64,000 bases of DNA from Macrostomum lignano (lineage: Eukaryota). Made by a program: the position numbers and the translations under genes. Below the pieces are notes generated by a model. It was given only the letters and a program-made list of their open reading frames with translations. It was not told the DNA's origin and made no database searches. This document shows, piece after piece, positions 52,040 through 63,870 of this stretch (position 1 is its first letter; the number at the start of each line of letters is the position of its first letter). The stretch is from contig NIVC01000023.1 in the NCBI GenBank assembly GCA_002269645.1, forward strand, positions 1,449,713 through 1,513,712, written 5' to 3'.

Positions 52040-53387
52040 CTCGAAGCTGCTGTCATGGACGACGAAGGCGTCAGATAGACTGTGTTTCTTCTAGGTGGCA
52101 GCATTGACGCAAGCTGCTGCTGCTGCTGCTGGGTATGCAGGTAGATTGACTGAGCTTGAAGACGCTGCTGCTGCTGCTGCATCAGGCCAGGTGGAGTCAC
52201 CGTCGGTGAAGTTGACGACGACACCGATGAGTTCGGTGGCGAGGCCGGCAGGAAGCAGCCGGTGGCGGCGTTAGGAACAGCCGCCGCTGCCACCGCGGTC
52301 AGCGTCCCGTCGTGTGCGTACAGCGGCGGCGGCGGTGGCGGCTGAGGCATCGGGCCTTGAATTCGCAGCTGACCCTGGTGATGATGCTGATGATGCTGAT
52401 GATGATGAATGTGCTGATGCTGTTGCGAGGCGGGCAGTTGCAGGGTCGGCTGCATTGCGGTTGCGTAGAAAGAATCCGATTGTTGTGCATAGTGCTGCTG
52501 CTGCTGCTGCTGCTGCTGCTGGCTGCAGGATAGGCTTGTCTGTAAAATTTGTTTTAGACTTCATGAATGTACGAGTATATTTGTATATGTATCAATTGTT
52601 TGATGCAGAATGACAGTGACTGCCCTCTGAAGGACTATTTGGGACAGAGGGGCTACAGCAATACCCGCTGAAGGAAACATGTGTAGCAATACCCTCAACC
52701 CGCAGCATAGCAGCAATACCCAAAGCATAGCAGCAATACCCAAAGCATAGCAACAATACCCAAAGCATAGCAGCAATACTCACAGCTTAGCAGCAATACC
52801 CGCAGCTTAGCAGCAATACCCGCAGCTTAGCAGCAATACCCATGGGATAGCATGCAGCAATACCCACAGCATAGCAGCAATACCCGCAGCTTAGCAGCAA
52901 TACCCATGGGATAGCAGCAATACCCACAGCATAGCAGCAATACCCATTGGATAGCAGCAATACCAGTGGGCTAGCAACTTTCAAACTTGCAGACACAGAC
53001 AACTTGCACAGGTAAATCAGCACTCACCTGACTGTAATCTGCCACCAGAGCCGACGAGATCAACGGCAAGTCAGCGTCGATACCGTCATCGTGTTGATCT
53101 GTCACCATAGGCTGATCCTCATCGTCAGTGTAGTGAGCGGCCACCAGAGCCGAGGCTGGCACCGTCCCGCCAACCTGGCCAACAATACACTCGCCCCTAT
53201 TCGAACCGGTAACTAGGCAGCTCGGCTGCAAATAATAATCAACCGAATTGAACATTAGCAACGAGGCGTCGGAGGCGGCGGAGGCAGCGGAGGCGGCGCT
53301 GTTCAAACCTCCGCCGATGCCAACCGGTTCAAGCTTGACAAGACTCGAACCCGAGCTGAGTCGACAAGCTGGCTGAGACGAGGACAT
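43439..53387 (-). CDS. THR: Thyroid hormone receptor (NR1A) orthologue, 802 aa; exons 53387-53028, 52539-51834, 50518-50403, 48435-48294, 47298-46964, 45379-45242, 44707-44467, 44375-44227, 43660-43439
   Basis: All nine GT-AG exons join in phase (2409 bp, 803 codons). TR N-terminal signature [33 protein letters not shown]|GFFRRTIQK...[32 protein letters not shown] box [66 protein letters not shown]-2 ELFKKVF. An in-frame TAA lies just upstream of the ATG. Confidence 0.95.
44778..45145. repeat. 40-bp minisatellite (GAGTCTTCAGCTCTGCTATGATGCCATCCCTGACTCCATG), TR intron
   Basis: About 9 near-identical units. Confidence 0.95.
46520..46945. repeat. 43-bp minisatellite (AATGTCCCCGATATGTATCGAAAATGCTATAAGCAAATTCACT), TR intron
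   Basis: About 9-10 units abutting the donor at 46963. Confidence 0.92.
47410..48270. repeat. Short ~35-bp triplicate followed by a 26-bp minisatellite (TCTGAGTATGGGATCACAGGTCCCAT), TR intron
   Basis: Seen directly; about 27 units. Confidence 0.92.
48575..49725. repeat. 30-bp minisatellite (ATGACACCTGAATGACCTGAGGTAACTACT), TR intron
   Basis: About 38 units. It explains ORF 48490..49800 ([10 protein letters not shown] repeats). Confidence 0.95.
50546..50760. repeat. (AGT)n microsatellite upstream of the first zinc-finger exon acceptor
   Basis: Seen directly. Confidence 0.97.
51230..51715. repeat. 38-bp minisatellite (ATGACCCCATGACGGAGAGCGCAATGACAAACCACTGT), TR intron
   Basis: About 11 units. 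Confidence 0.95.
52670..52965. repeat. 20-bp minisatellite (CAGCAATACCCACAGCATAG), TR intron
   Basis: About 13 units. Confidence 0.9.
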
Positions 53388-54454
53388 TGTGTTTTAACAG
53401 CTAAGGTTAGCCCGCTTTGTCTATGACACCAGCTTCATTAGCGTTGACCATGGCTATTTTAATAATTAGAAACCAAAATATGTTTACAATCGAAGTATAA
53501 GTCCCCTATTTAATCCTGATCTAAAAAATGAGAGGGGCGTGTATAAGAGAACGGAGGCAGATATTCGCGGATTGGTCCCTAGAATTTGCTTCGGTATAAC
53601 TATAGCTGTGTTAAGCCTCTCTCTGCCCTCGCTTGCATGCGTGGGTGGGTGGGTGGGTTATCCAGTTGGGTAAGAGGCAGCCAAGCCCAAGTGTACAGAG
53701 CCGGCGGAGCCTTGACCTCAGCTCCCAGGGCAGGGGCGGCGGTTTGTACGGACGGGGTCATGCGACTCTGGCTGGGAGCGGCGAGGGCGGGCAGAGAGGG
53801 GAAGAGAGGCGAGAGGGAAAAGGAATGAAAGGAATGAAAAGGAACGCTCTCCATTCCAACTTCTAAACGTACGCAACACGGGGAGGCCGCGATGAGTCAT
53901 CGTCAACACAACATGGCCACATGGGCTGGCTCTTTACAACACTACACTGACTATGCTCTATCTCTCTCTGTCTGTCTTGCTATTACGTTGGGGTTAGAAA
54001 ATGTTCCAAGCTCTGTCTATCACCACGCTTGGGCTGGGCCTTGCCATTTCCAGTATTGCCTAGTAAGGGCTATTACGTAATCGCAGGGCCTCGCAGATTG
54101 GTATGGACTATGAACCCCCGCTAAAACGCATTGGTTCCCTCCCACTACTGAATATTAATACTCGTATATAGCTCTTAGTGTACACTGTTGCGGCACTGGA
54201 TGTACATCAACCCAAACCATGAACGAGGGAAATTCTGAGGTTAAATACTGTTACATTGAGGAAACAATATAATAATAAAATGCTTTGAGATAGCCACAAC
54301 AGCAGTGCAAATTAAGTACGGATAGCTTTTTTTAGATTCTACTGCTGCTTCATTCTTGTAAAACTGATTCTACTGGCAATTACAGATGCGGAACTATTTT
54401 ATGCAATCAATTTGACAGTTAATTTATAACATTCAGTAAATTTTTGCTTGTTTA

Positions 54455-54760
54455 CTTGCGACTTGGCGAGGTTGTATAAAGGTCGGGGGTTCGATTCCCG
54501 ATCTTACTGAAACTATTTGTGCCCTTGAGCAAGACACTTAACTCTGCACTGATTCAGTTCAACCAGCTGTAAAATGGGTGCCAGCATTAGCTGGGGTAAT
54601 TGAGGGTGTGTGGCGACCCCCCCCCCCAGTCCTTGGACTGAACAGCAGTACGCAGCCTTCAGATGCGCCGCGCAATATCTGCGGCTGAGCTGTAGGTTGC
54701 ATATCTGGCCCAATCGGGGCAGGAGTAGTTAATTATTACGAGCATATTATTATCATTACT
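54455..54760 (+). mobile_element. tRNA-derived CORE-SINE
   Basis: Pol III B box GGTTCGATTCC at 54488-54498. Then GTGCCCTTGAGCAAGACACTTAACTCTGCACTGATTCAGTTCAACCAGCTGTAAAATGGG (54519-54578), collinear with the MIR-type CORE as I recall it (GTGACCTTGGGCAAGTCACTTAACCTCTCTGAGCCTCAGTTTCCTCATCTGTAAAATGGG). Ends in an ATT-rich tail at about 54730-54760. Confidence 0.75.
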
Positions 54761-54879
54761 AACCCTGATTAAAAATCTAGTTTCTTATCAGATTTTGGAG
54801 CTACATTTTGTGAGTTACGGTATGCTAGCCGACAAGAATTCTGCCCAAGAGATGTCATCAAACTTGCACATGGGAGGTT

Positions 54880-55330
54880 GGACGAGCAACTGACACTCAG
54901 GGAGGCTGGCCCAGCAACTGACACTCAGGGAGGCTGGCCCAGCAACTGAGGATCTGGGAGGCTGGCCCAGCAACTGGGGATCTGGGAGGCTGGCTCAGCA
55001 ACTGAGGATCTGGGAGGCTGGCCCAGCAACTGAGGATCTGGGAGGCTGGCCCAGCAACTGAGGATCTGGGAGGCTGGCCCAGCAACTGAGGATCTGGGAG
55101 GCTGGCCCAGCAACTGGGATCTGGGAGGCTGGCTCAGCAACTGAGGATCTGGGAGGCTGGCCCAGCAACTAAGGATCTGTGAGACTGGCCCAGCGACTGA
55201 GGATCTGGGAGGCTGGCCCAGCAACTGAGGATCTGGGAGGCTGGCCCAGCAACTGGGGATCTGGGAGGCTGGCCCAGCAACTGACACTCTGGGAGGCTGG
55301 CCCAGCAACTGAGGATCTGTGAGACTGGTG
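54880..55330. repeat. 28-bp minisatellite (CTGGGAGGCTGGCCCAGCAACTGAGGAT)
   Basis: About 15 units; same family as 56125-58640. Confidence 0.93.
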
Positions 55331-56124
55331 CAGTACATCATAACCACATGCAACAGAACCCCAATTCACAATAGCAAGCATAATTATTCAACAGTAAAAA
55401 ACAAAAGGAGACTTAAGAAAACTTCCGTTTGGATTGAATATTTGTAAATAAAACTTGCATGCTTTGCATTTTGTAAAACGTACATTTTAATGAATTTCAC
55501 ATATTTAGCATTAACAAATATATAATTAGACAGTGCAAAATTGTGTTTCTAAGATAAAACTTGTGGCCAAAACTGGTAGGTGGCCGCTGAAAAGTCTATG
55601 TACAATGCGGCAGTTGTACATTTTTAGCTACTTACTCGTATATGAAGTAAGTAGTAAGTATAGCAATTCTAAGCAAGAATTGATAAACAAAAAAGAGACA
55701 TAAATTCATAGGCATACTTCTATCATAAGAGGGGACAACAGACGACAATAAATATTTTTCAACAACACAAGTAATAATAGCATATTGCGCAAGCAATGGC
55801 AAACAGCTGAACAAACGGTTTATTAAAAATATTTATGAGTTTGTTAACTATCATAATCGTACTCGTACAGCGGCAACAACATTGAGATAATAGGGCATTA
55901 GCAGAATGCGGAAGATGAGTGCTGCTACACGCCTCGAATCTTTGATGACAGTAAAGAAAAATTGAACAATTAAGCACGGGCACCCAATGATTGCATGATT
56001 AAAAACAGTAAACAGTAATACGTTGTTAAAATTAGAATTGATCTTTTAATTAACAAGCTTTAAATACCTCTCTTGGTTTGGGTTAGTGCGTAGAATAGAG
56101 GGGGGAGGGTGACTCGCTTGTGGG

Positions 56125-58640
56125 TAATAGGCCCAGTATCTGAGGATCTGGGAGGCTGGCCCAGTATCTGAGGACTCTGGGAGGCTGGCCCAGTATCTGA
56201 GGGCTCTGGGAGGCTGGCCCAGTATCTGAGGACTTTGGGAGGCTGGCCCAGTATCTGAGGACTCTGGGAGGCTGGCCCAGTATCTGAGGACTCTGGGAGG
56301 CTGGCCCAGTATCTGAGGACTCTGGGAGGCTGGCCCAGTATCTGAGGACTCTGGGAGGCTGGCCCAGTATCTGAGGACTCTGGGAGGCTGGCCCAGTATC
56401 TGAGGACTCTGGGAGGCTGGCCCAGTATCTGAGGACTCAGGGAGGCTGGCCCAGTATCTGAGGACTCTGGGAGGCTGGCCCAGTATCTGAGGACTCTGGG
56501 AGGCTGGCCCAGTATCTGAGGACTCTGGAGGCTGGCCCAGTATCTGACGACTCTGGGAGGCTGGCCCAGTATCTGAGGACTCTGGGAGGCTGGCCCAGTA
56601 TCTGAGGACTCTGGGAGGCTGGCCCAGTATCTGAGGACTCTGGGAGGCTGGCCCAGTATCTGAGGACTCTGGGAGGCTGGCCCAGTATCTGAGGACTCTG
56701 GGAGGCTGGCCCAGTATCTGAGGACTCTGGGAGGCTGGCCCAGTATCTGAGGACTCTGGGAGGCTGGCCCAGTATCTGAGGATTTTGGGAGGCTGGCCCA
56801 GCAACTGAGAATCTAGGAGGCTGGTCCAGCAACTGAGGATCTGGAAGGCTGGCCTAGCAACTGACACTCTGGGAGGCTGGCCCAGCAACTGAGGATCTAG
56901 GAGGCTGGCCCAGCAACTGAGGATCTAGGAGGCTGGCCCAGTATCTGAGGACTCTGGGAGGCTGGCCCAGCAACTGAGGATTTTGGGAGGCTGGCCCAGC
57001 AACTGAGAATCTAGGAGGCTGGTCCAGCAACTGAGGATCTGGAAGGCTGGCCTAGCAACTGACACTCTGGGAGGCTGGCCCAGCAACTGAGGATCTAGGA
57101 GGCTGGTCCAGTATCTGAGGACTTTGGGAGGCTGGCCCAGTATCTGAGGACTCTGGGAGGCTGGCCCAGTATCTGAGGACTCTGGGAGGCTGGCCCAGTA
57201 TCTGAGGACTCTGGGAGGCTGGCCCAGTATCTGAGGACTCTGGGAGGCTGGCCCAGTATCTGAGGACTCTGGGAGGCTGGCCCAGTATCTGAGGACTTTG
57301 GGAGGCTGGCCCAGTATCTGAGGACTCTGGGAGGCTGGCCCAGTATCTGAGGACTCTGGGAGGCTGGCCCAGTATCTGAGGACTCTGGGAGGCTGGCCCA
57401 GTATCTGAGGACTCTGGGAGGCTGGCCCAGTATCTGAGGACTCTGGGAGGCTGGCCCAGTATCTGAGGACTCTGGGAGGCTGGCCCAGTATCTGAGGACT
57501 CTGGGAGGCTGGCCCAGTATCTGAGGACTTTGGGAGGCTGGCCCAGTATCTGAGGACTTTGGGAGGCTGGCCCAGTATCTGAGGACTCTGGGAGGCTGGC
57601 CCAGTATCTGAGGACTCTGGGAGGCTGGCCCAGTATCTGAGGACTCTGGGAGGCTGGCCCAGTATCTGAGGACTCTGGGAGGCTGGCCCAGTATCTGAGG
57701 ATTTTGGGAGGCTGGCCCAGTATCTGAGGACTCTGGAGGCTGGCCCAGTATCTGAGGACTCTGGGAGGCTGGCCCAGTATCTGAGGACTCTGGGAGGCTG
57801 GCCCAGTATCTGAGGACTCTGGGAGGCTGGCCCAGTATCTGAGGACTCTGGGAGGCTGGCCCAGTATCTGAGGACTCTGGGAGGCTGGCCCAGTATCTGA
57901 GGACTCTGGGAGGCTGGCCCAGTATCTGAGGACTTAGGGAGGCTGGCCCAGTATCTGAGGACTCTGGGAGGCTGGCCCAGTATCTGAGGACTCTGGGAGG
58001 CTGGCCCAGTATCTGAGGACTCTGGGAGGCTGGCCCAGTATCTGAGGACTCTGGGAGGCTGGCCCAGTATCTGAGGATTTTGGGAGGCTGGCCCAGTATC
58101 TGAGGACTTTGGGAGGCTGGCCCAGTATCTGAGGACTTTGGGAGGCTGGCCCAGTATCTGAGGACTTTGGGAGGCTGGCCCAGTATCTGAGGACTTTGGG
58201 AGGCTGGCCCAGTATCTGGGGACTTTGGGAGGCTGGCCCAGTATCTGAGGACTTTGGGAGGCTGGCCCAGTATCTGAGGACTTTGGGAGGCTGGCCCAGT
58301 ATCTGAGGACTTTGGGAGGCTGGCCCAGTATCTGAGGACTTAGGGAGGCTGGCCCAGTATCTGAGGACTTTGGGAGGCTGGCCCAGTATCTGAGGACTTT
58401 GGGAGGCTGGCCCAGTATCTGAGGACTTAGGGAGGCTGGCCCAGTATCTGAGGACTTTGGGAGGCTGGCCCAGTATCTGAGGACTTTGGGAGGCTGGCCT
58501 AGAAACTGAGGACTTTGGGAGGCTGGCCTAGAAACTGAGGACTTTGGGAGGCTGGCCCAGCAACTGAGGATCAGGGAGGCTGGCCCAGCAGCTGAGGATC
58601 TGGGAGGCTGGCCCAGCAGGGAGGTCAGGGAGGTTGGCGA
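56125..58640. repeat. 29/28-bp minisatellite (CTGGGAGGCTGGCCCAGTATCTGAGGACT), about 2.5 kb
   Basis: More than 80 units. It explains ORFs 56046..56888 and 56925..58649. Confidence 0.96.
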
Positions 58641-59470
58641 TAGGTCCATGAATTCATTAAAACGGAAAGATGATTACAAATCTAAGATAGGTAACTGGTT
58701 CGATCGCAAAGAAGTGAAACTGTGCAATTAAACACGCGAAGGCGGCAGCGAGCGAGGCAAAAAAAGAAACAGAGCGGCAAAAAGCAGAATAAATTCGAAT
58801 ATGCTAAATAATCATATTTTAACAGAAAATGGCTCTATTTTCTAACATTTAGCAGAGCAGAGCGGCCCGGTAGCGGGGGACTATGAAGCAATAAATCCGT
58901 CGCAAACAGGGCGGGCACAACAATAGACGCTATTACTAAAACACATTAAGCGATTAATAAACTGCACAAAGTATACTACTTATACTACTAATGTACAACT
59001 GAAAAATGTATATAGCAACATGCAAATAGACAAATTATGTAAAAAAATAATAAACATATAGTTATAAAATACAAGTGCACACATAAAACTCTAAATAAGC
59101 TACTAATTATTAGTAGTAGTTACACGAGTAGTTAATATCGTTACTGATGGTTTTCTCATTCTATTTCAGCAGAAGTAAATTCTATTTTGTATGCACTAGC
59201 TGAAATTTGATTCAAGGCTGTGTCTGTCGGCAAGATGAAAGAGTAGATGAGTGAATAGCTTGTCGAAGGCAATCATACGATTGTGCCTTTGGCTATAATA
59301 ATTATCCAATTATCCAATTTCAGCTAGTGCAAACGAAATAGAATGTGAGTTTGACTAAAATGAATTTTGTCTAAGGCAGGATTTTGTGTCCACGGGACGA
59401 AGAAAAGAATTCACTTAATTCACAATCGTAGTTAATTTGTTAATTTCACAACCCACCACCCCACGTTCTC

Positions 59471-59758
59471 CCACTGACGAAATTGAATGCACTATTTGTG
59501 TACACACAAGCTTCCCCAACCCGCCACTGACGAAATTGAATGCACTATTCGTGTACACACAAGCTTCCCCAACCCGCCACTGACGAAATTGAATGCACTA
59601 TTCGTGTACACACAAGCTGCCCCAACCCCCCACTGACGAAATTGAATGCACTATTCGTGTACACACAAGCAGCCCCAACCCCTCACTGACGAAATTGAAT
59701 GCACTATTCGTGTACACACAAGCTGCCCCAACCCCCCACTGACGAAATTGAATGCACT
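59471..59758. repeat. 53-bp tandem repeat (5.5 copies) directly after the Mastermind-like stop codon
   Basis: Units start at 59471, 59524, 59577, 59630, 59683 and 59736 (CCACTGACGAAATTGAATGCACTATTCGTGTACACACAAGC...). No spacers. Confidence 0.93.
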
Positions 59759-59948
59759 TTAGCTATAATACTCGTAGAACAAGAAAACCAATAATAAACA
59801 CGATCTGTTGTAGTAAAGCACGCAGTTACGCGGAACCGTAGTAGTTGGAGTTGTGATAGATAGCTTGCTGTCCAGGCGTGCTGCTGTTATAGTTAACAGA
59901 CGCAGAGGGCTGCTTGCAGAAGATGTAGAAGCATTAGTGTACGAATAT

Positions 59949-59980
<32 letters not shown>

Positions 59981-62926
59981 ACCACTGCTAACAGATATTG
60001 GCGGCGTTGATGAAACAGGCGGCCGGCCATTATTATTGCTATTATTGCCAGCTGACGAAGATGACTCCACAATGCCGTTAGCCGGCGATGCAACAACAGA
60101 AGCCGGTGTCATTGCGGCAGACACCGGCGTTGGCGGTACAGATGATGAAGATTGCTGCTGCTGAGCAGAGCTGGAGCCGCTGCCTGCGGACTGTATTCAA
60201 CAGAATCGTCTCTATACGAAGCAACTAACCGCCTAGCAGCCAATACTTCGTCGGACGCGCGCAGGCTAGCCATAAACGCCTGTAGATGAGTCTCTAAACA
60301 GCCATTGTTATTATTTTGGCCGCTACCAATCGTAGCTAATGGCTTGCCATTGTTGTTGTTGTTATTATTATTGTTGTTGTTATTATTGTTAACAGCGGGA
60401 GAATTAGGTGCAATTGTGGCAGCCTGATGCTCGGCTATGCCATTGCTGTTGTTGCTAACTGTTGAAGCTTTCTTAGTTAAAGCAGATTTGCTTTTATTAT
60501 TACTGTTATTATTGCTGTTAGCGGATGAGGAATTATTGCTACCAGGTCCGCCAGCTTTAACAGTGGCTGCTGTTGCAGACGATGATTGCGGAGGCTGAGC
60601 TGTGGAATCTAATTCGCCATCTAGAAGGTGAATCTCTGGCAGCTGAGAAGACTGCTGCTGCTGACGTAAAGGAGCCGAATTATCGTTCACTGGCGGCATT
60701 GGTTCGAACAAGCTAGCTAAGTCTTCTGGGAGATCGTATGAGATCGATTGCTGCTGTTGTTGCTGCTGCTGCTGCTGCTGATACTGATGGGGCGGCATCT
60801 GCTGAGCTGCTGAGACTGCGGGTTGTTGAGATGGCATAATTTGTTGTGGCTGATGCTGCTGCTGTTGCTGCTGATACTGATGGGGCGGATACTGGGACGG
60901 ATGAGACTGCTGCATCATGTGATGATTGGTGGGCACGCCCATGCCAGGATAGTGCGGCGGCGGAGGCGCTCTGGGATAGAGATGGCCGGAGGCTGATTCG
61001 GATGCTGCATCATGCTCATGTAGGCCTGCTGCTGCTGCTGCGGCATCGGCGGCGGGTGACCCGGGTAGCCGCCGGGGTGATGATGTTGCTGCGGATGCGG
61101 CGGCCGCAGCCCAGCCGGCATCCCGGGACCGCTTGGATGCTGCGAATACATCATTTGCGAGTGCGGATACTGCTGCTGCTGCTGGTGATGATGATAGGGA
61201 TGCTGCGGCTGGTGCTGCTGCGACGGCGGTGGCGGCGGCATACCGGGTGGCGGCTGGCCGGGACCGACAATATTGGCGGCTTTGTTTGACGGCGGGCCAT
61301 TGTTGCCGCTACCGGCTGCCGCTGCTGCGGCGGCTGCTGCCTTTTTCTTCTGCGGGAGCAAAATATTCAAGAGGGGCTTATAGGCGCTTCTGTTTCGTTT
61401 GGGGGATTAAAGGGCGATTCTGTTTTGCTTGGGGGATTAAAGGGCGATTCTGTTTTGCTTGGGGGATTAAAGGGCGATTCTGTTTTGCTTGGGGGATTAA
61501 AGGGCGATTCTGTTTTGCTTGGGGGATTAAAGGGCGATTCTGTTTTGCTTGGGGATTAAAGGGCGATTCTGTTTTGCTTGGGGATTAAAGGGCGATTCTG
61601 TTTTGCTTGGGGGATTAAAGGGCGATTCTGTTTTTGCTTGGGGATTAAAGGGCGATTCTTATCCATTAGGGGGATTAAAAGACCATTATCATCCATTAGG
61701 GGGATTAAGGGCAATTCTCATCCATTAGGGGGATTAAGGGCGGTTCTTATCCATTAGGGGTACTAAAAGGGAATTATCATCCATTAGGGGGATTAAGGGC
61801 AATTCTCATCTATTAGGGGTACTAAAAGGGAATTATCATCCATTAGGGGGATTAAGGGCAATTCTCATCCATTAGGGGTACTAAAGGGGAATTATCATCC
61901 ATTAGGGGGATTAAGGGCAATTCTCATCCATTAGGGGTATTAAAGTGGAATTATCATCCATTAGGGGGATTAAGGGCAATTATCATCCATTAGAGGGATT
62001 AAGGGCGATTCTTATCTATTGGGAGGATTAAGGGACGATTTTCATCCATTAGGGGGATTAAGAGACCATTCTCATCCATTAGGGGGATTAAGAGACCATT
62101 CTCATCCATTAGGGGGATTAAGAGACCATTCTCATCCATTAGGGGGATTAAGAGACCATTCTCATCCATTAGGGGGATTAAGAGACCATTCTCATCCATT
62201 AGGGGGATTAAGAGACCATTCTCATCCATTAGGGGATAAAGAGACCATTCTCATCCATTAGGGGGATTAAGAGACCATTCTCATCCATTAGGGGGATTAA
62301 GAGACCATTCTCATCCATTAGGGGGATTAAGAGACCATTCTCATCCATTAGGGGGATTAAGAGACCATTCTCATCCATTAGGGGGATTAAGAGACCATTC
62401 TCATCCATTAGGGGGATTAAGAGACCATTCTCATCCATTAGGGGGATTAAGAGACCATTCTCATCCATTAGGGGGATTAAGAGACCATTCTAATCAACGG
62501 AGCTCAGTGAGTAAAGCACATACAACCTTCATGCATAAATAAAGCAGACAGTGAGACGCACCTGAGCAGCAGTGGCCGTACGTTTCTTGCCCTTTTTTGT
62601 CTCCTCAACTCGGGCAGTCAGCGCCTGCATCTCTTCGTGACTCTTCTGCTCATCGACTGGCTGTCTGGCTAGAAATCGATTCTCGCTAACAGCCTGGTGA
62701 TCCCGAAAGGTTGACACGCGATCGACAACTCGTCGAACACTGTCTAACGGAGCCTCCTGCGGCTGGGCAGCATGTGCTGCTGCATCATGTGCTGCTGATG
62801 CTGCTGTTGTTGCATCATGTGCTGCGGCGGAGGCGGCGGCGCCGGTTGCATATGACTCTGATGCTGATAGTGCTGATAAGGTGGCGGGGCCTGATGAGGC
62901 GGCCGAGGCTGCTGCTGCTGCTGCAT
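59759..62926 (-). CDS. Mastermind-like Notch co-activator candidate, ~652 aa after repairing three +1 frameshifts; exons 62926-62562 and 61349-59759
   Basis: The N-terminal segment RVVDRVSTFRDHQAVSENRFLARQPVDEQKSHEEMQALTARVEETKKGKKR aligns without gaps to the MAML/Mam basic helix (RRIELCRRHHSTCEARYEAVSPERLELERQHTFALHQRCIQAKAKR, from memory). It is followed by Q/P/H-rich and short acidic segments (YDLPEDLASLFEP, LLDGELD). Splice CAG|GTGCGT to CCCGCAG|AAG is phase 0. Adding one base at each of about 62766, 60986 and 60185 makes both exons divisible by 3 and open. Confidence 0.62.
61398..62492. repeat. Two related 30-bp minisatellites (GGGGGATTAAAGGGCGATTCTGTTTTGCTT grading into CTCATCCATTAGGGGGATTAAGAGACCATT), intron of the Mastermind-like gene
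   Basis: Seen directly. The shared core GGGGGATTAA persists through a transition zone. Confidence 0.94.
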
Positions 62927-63164
62927 GCTTAGCCAAGACTCAATTGCGGAAATAATCGACAATAACTGAGAATAAACCAAGTAGCCAAATTATTTTTTCT
63001 CTTCACTTATCGATCGGTGTCAAGTCACCATAGCTGCCAATTGACAGGCTGAAGTGTCTGCTCTGAGGCTGAAGTGAGTTATCTGCAATAAATCAATGTA
63101 CAATTCACAATAGTTGACAGTTGAATTAAATGAAAATTGACTGACTAGAGTTAAATATGGAGAT

Positions 63165-63870
63165 TAATTAGATCCCAATCTAGAGACTGATTAGATCTTA
63201 ATCTAAAGACTGATTAGATCTTAATCTAAAGACTGATTAGATCTTAATCTAGAGACTGACTAGATCCCAATCTAGAGGCTGATTAGATCTCAATCTGGAG
63301 ACTAATTAGATCTTAATCTAGATACAAAATAGATTTCAATCTAGAGGCTGATTAGATCTCAATCTAGAGACTGATTATATATAAATCTGGAGACTAATTA
63401 GATCTTAAATCTAGATACAAAATAGATTTCAATCTAGAGGCTGATTAGATCTCATCTAGAGACTGATTATATATAAATCTGGAGACTAATTAGATCTTAA
63501 TCTAGATACAAAATAGATTTCAATCTAGAGGCTGATTAGATCTCAATCTAGAGACTGATTATATATAAATCTGGAGACTAATTAGATCTTAATCTAGATA
63601 CAAAATAGATTTCAATCTAGAGGCTGATTAGATCTCAATCTAGAGACTGATTATATATAAATCTGGAGACTGATTAGATATAAATCTATGAGACTGACCA
63701 GTCAAATCTAGAGACTGATCAGTCAAATCTAGAGACTGATCAGTCAATCTAGAACTGACCATTCAAATCTAGAGACTGACCATTCAAATCTAGAGACTGA
63801 CCATTCAATCTAGAGACTGACCATTCAAATCTAGAGACTGGACTGACCAGTCAAATCTAGAGACTAATTA
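63165..63870. repeat. ~23-24-bp minisatellite (AATCTAGAGACTGATTAGATCTC) with higher-order blocks
   Basis: Seen directly. Confidence 0.9.

Noticed and set aside
54460-54520. Possible tRNA gene (GGTTCGATTCC)
   Set aside because: No complete cloverleaf can be drawn, and it runs into a CORE domain, so it is a SINE head.
56046-58649. 574-aa and 280-aa ORFs (GQPPRVLRYWASLP repeats)
   Set aside because: They are translations of a 29-bp satellite that cycles through frames, with no unique coding flanks.
59471-59758. Regularly spaced 53-bp repeats resembling a CRISPR array
   Set aside because: The units are contiguous and near-identical with no unique spacers, there are no cas genes, and the context is eukaryotic.
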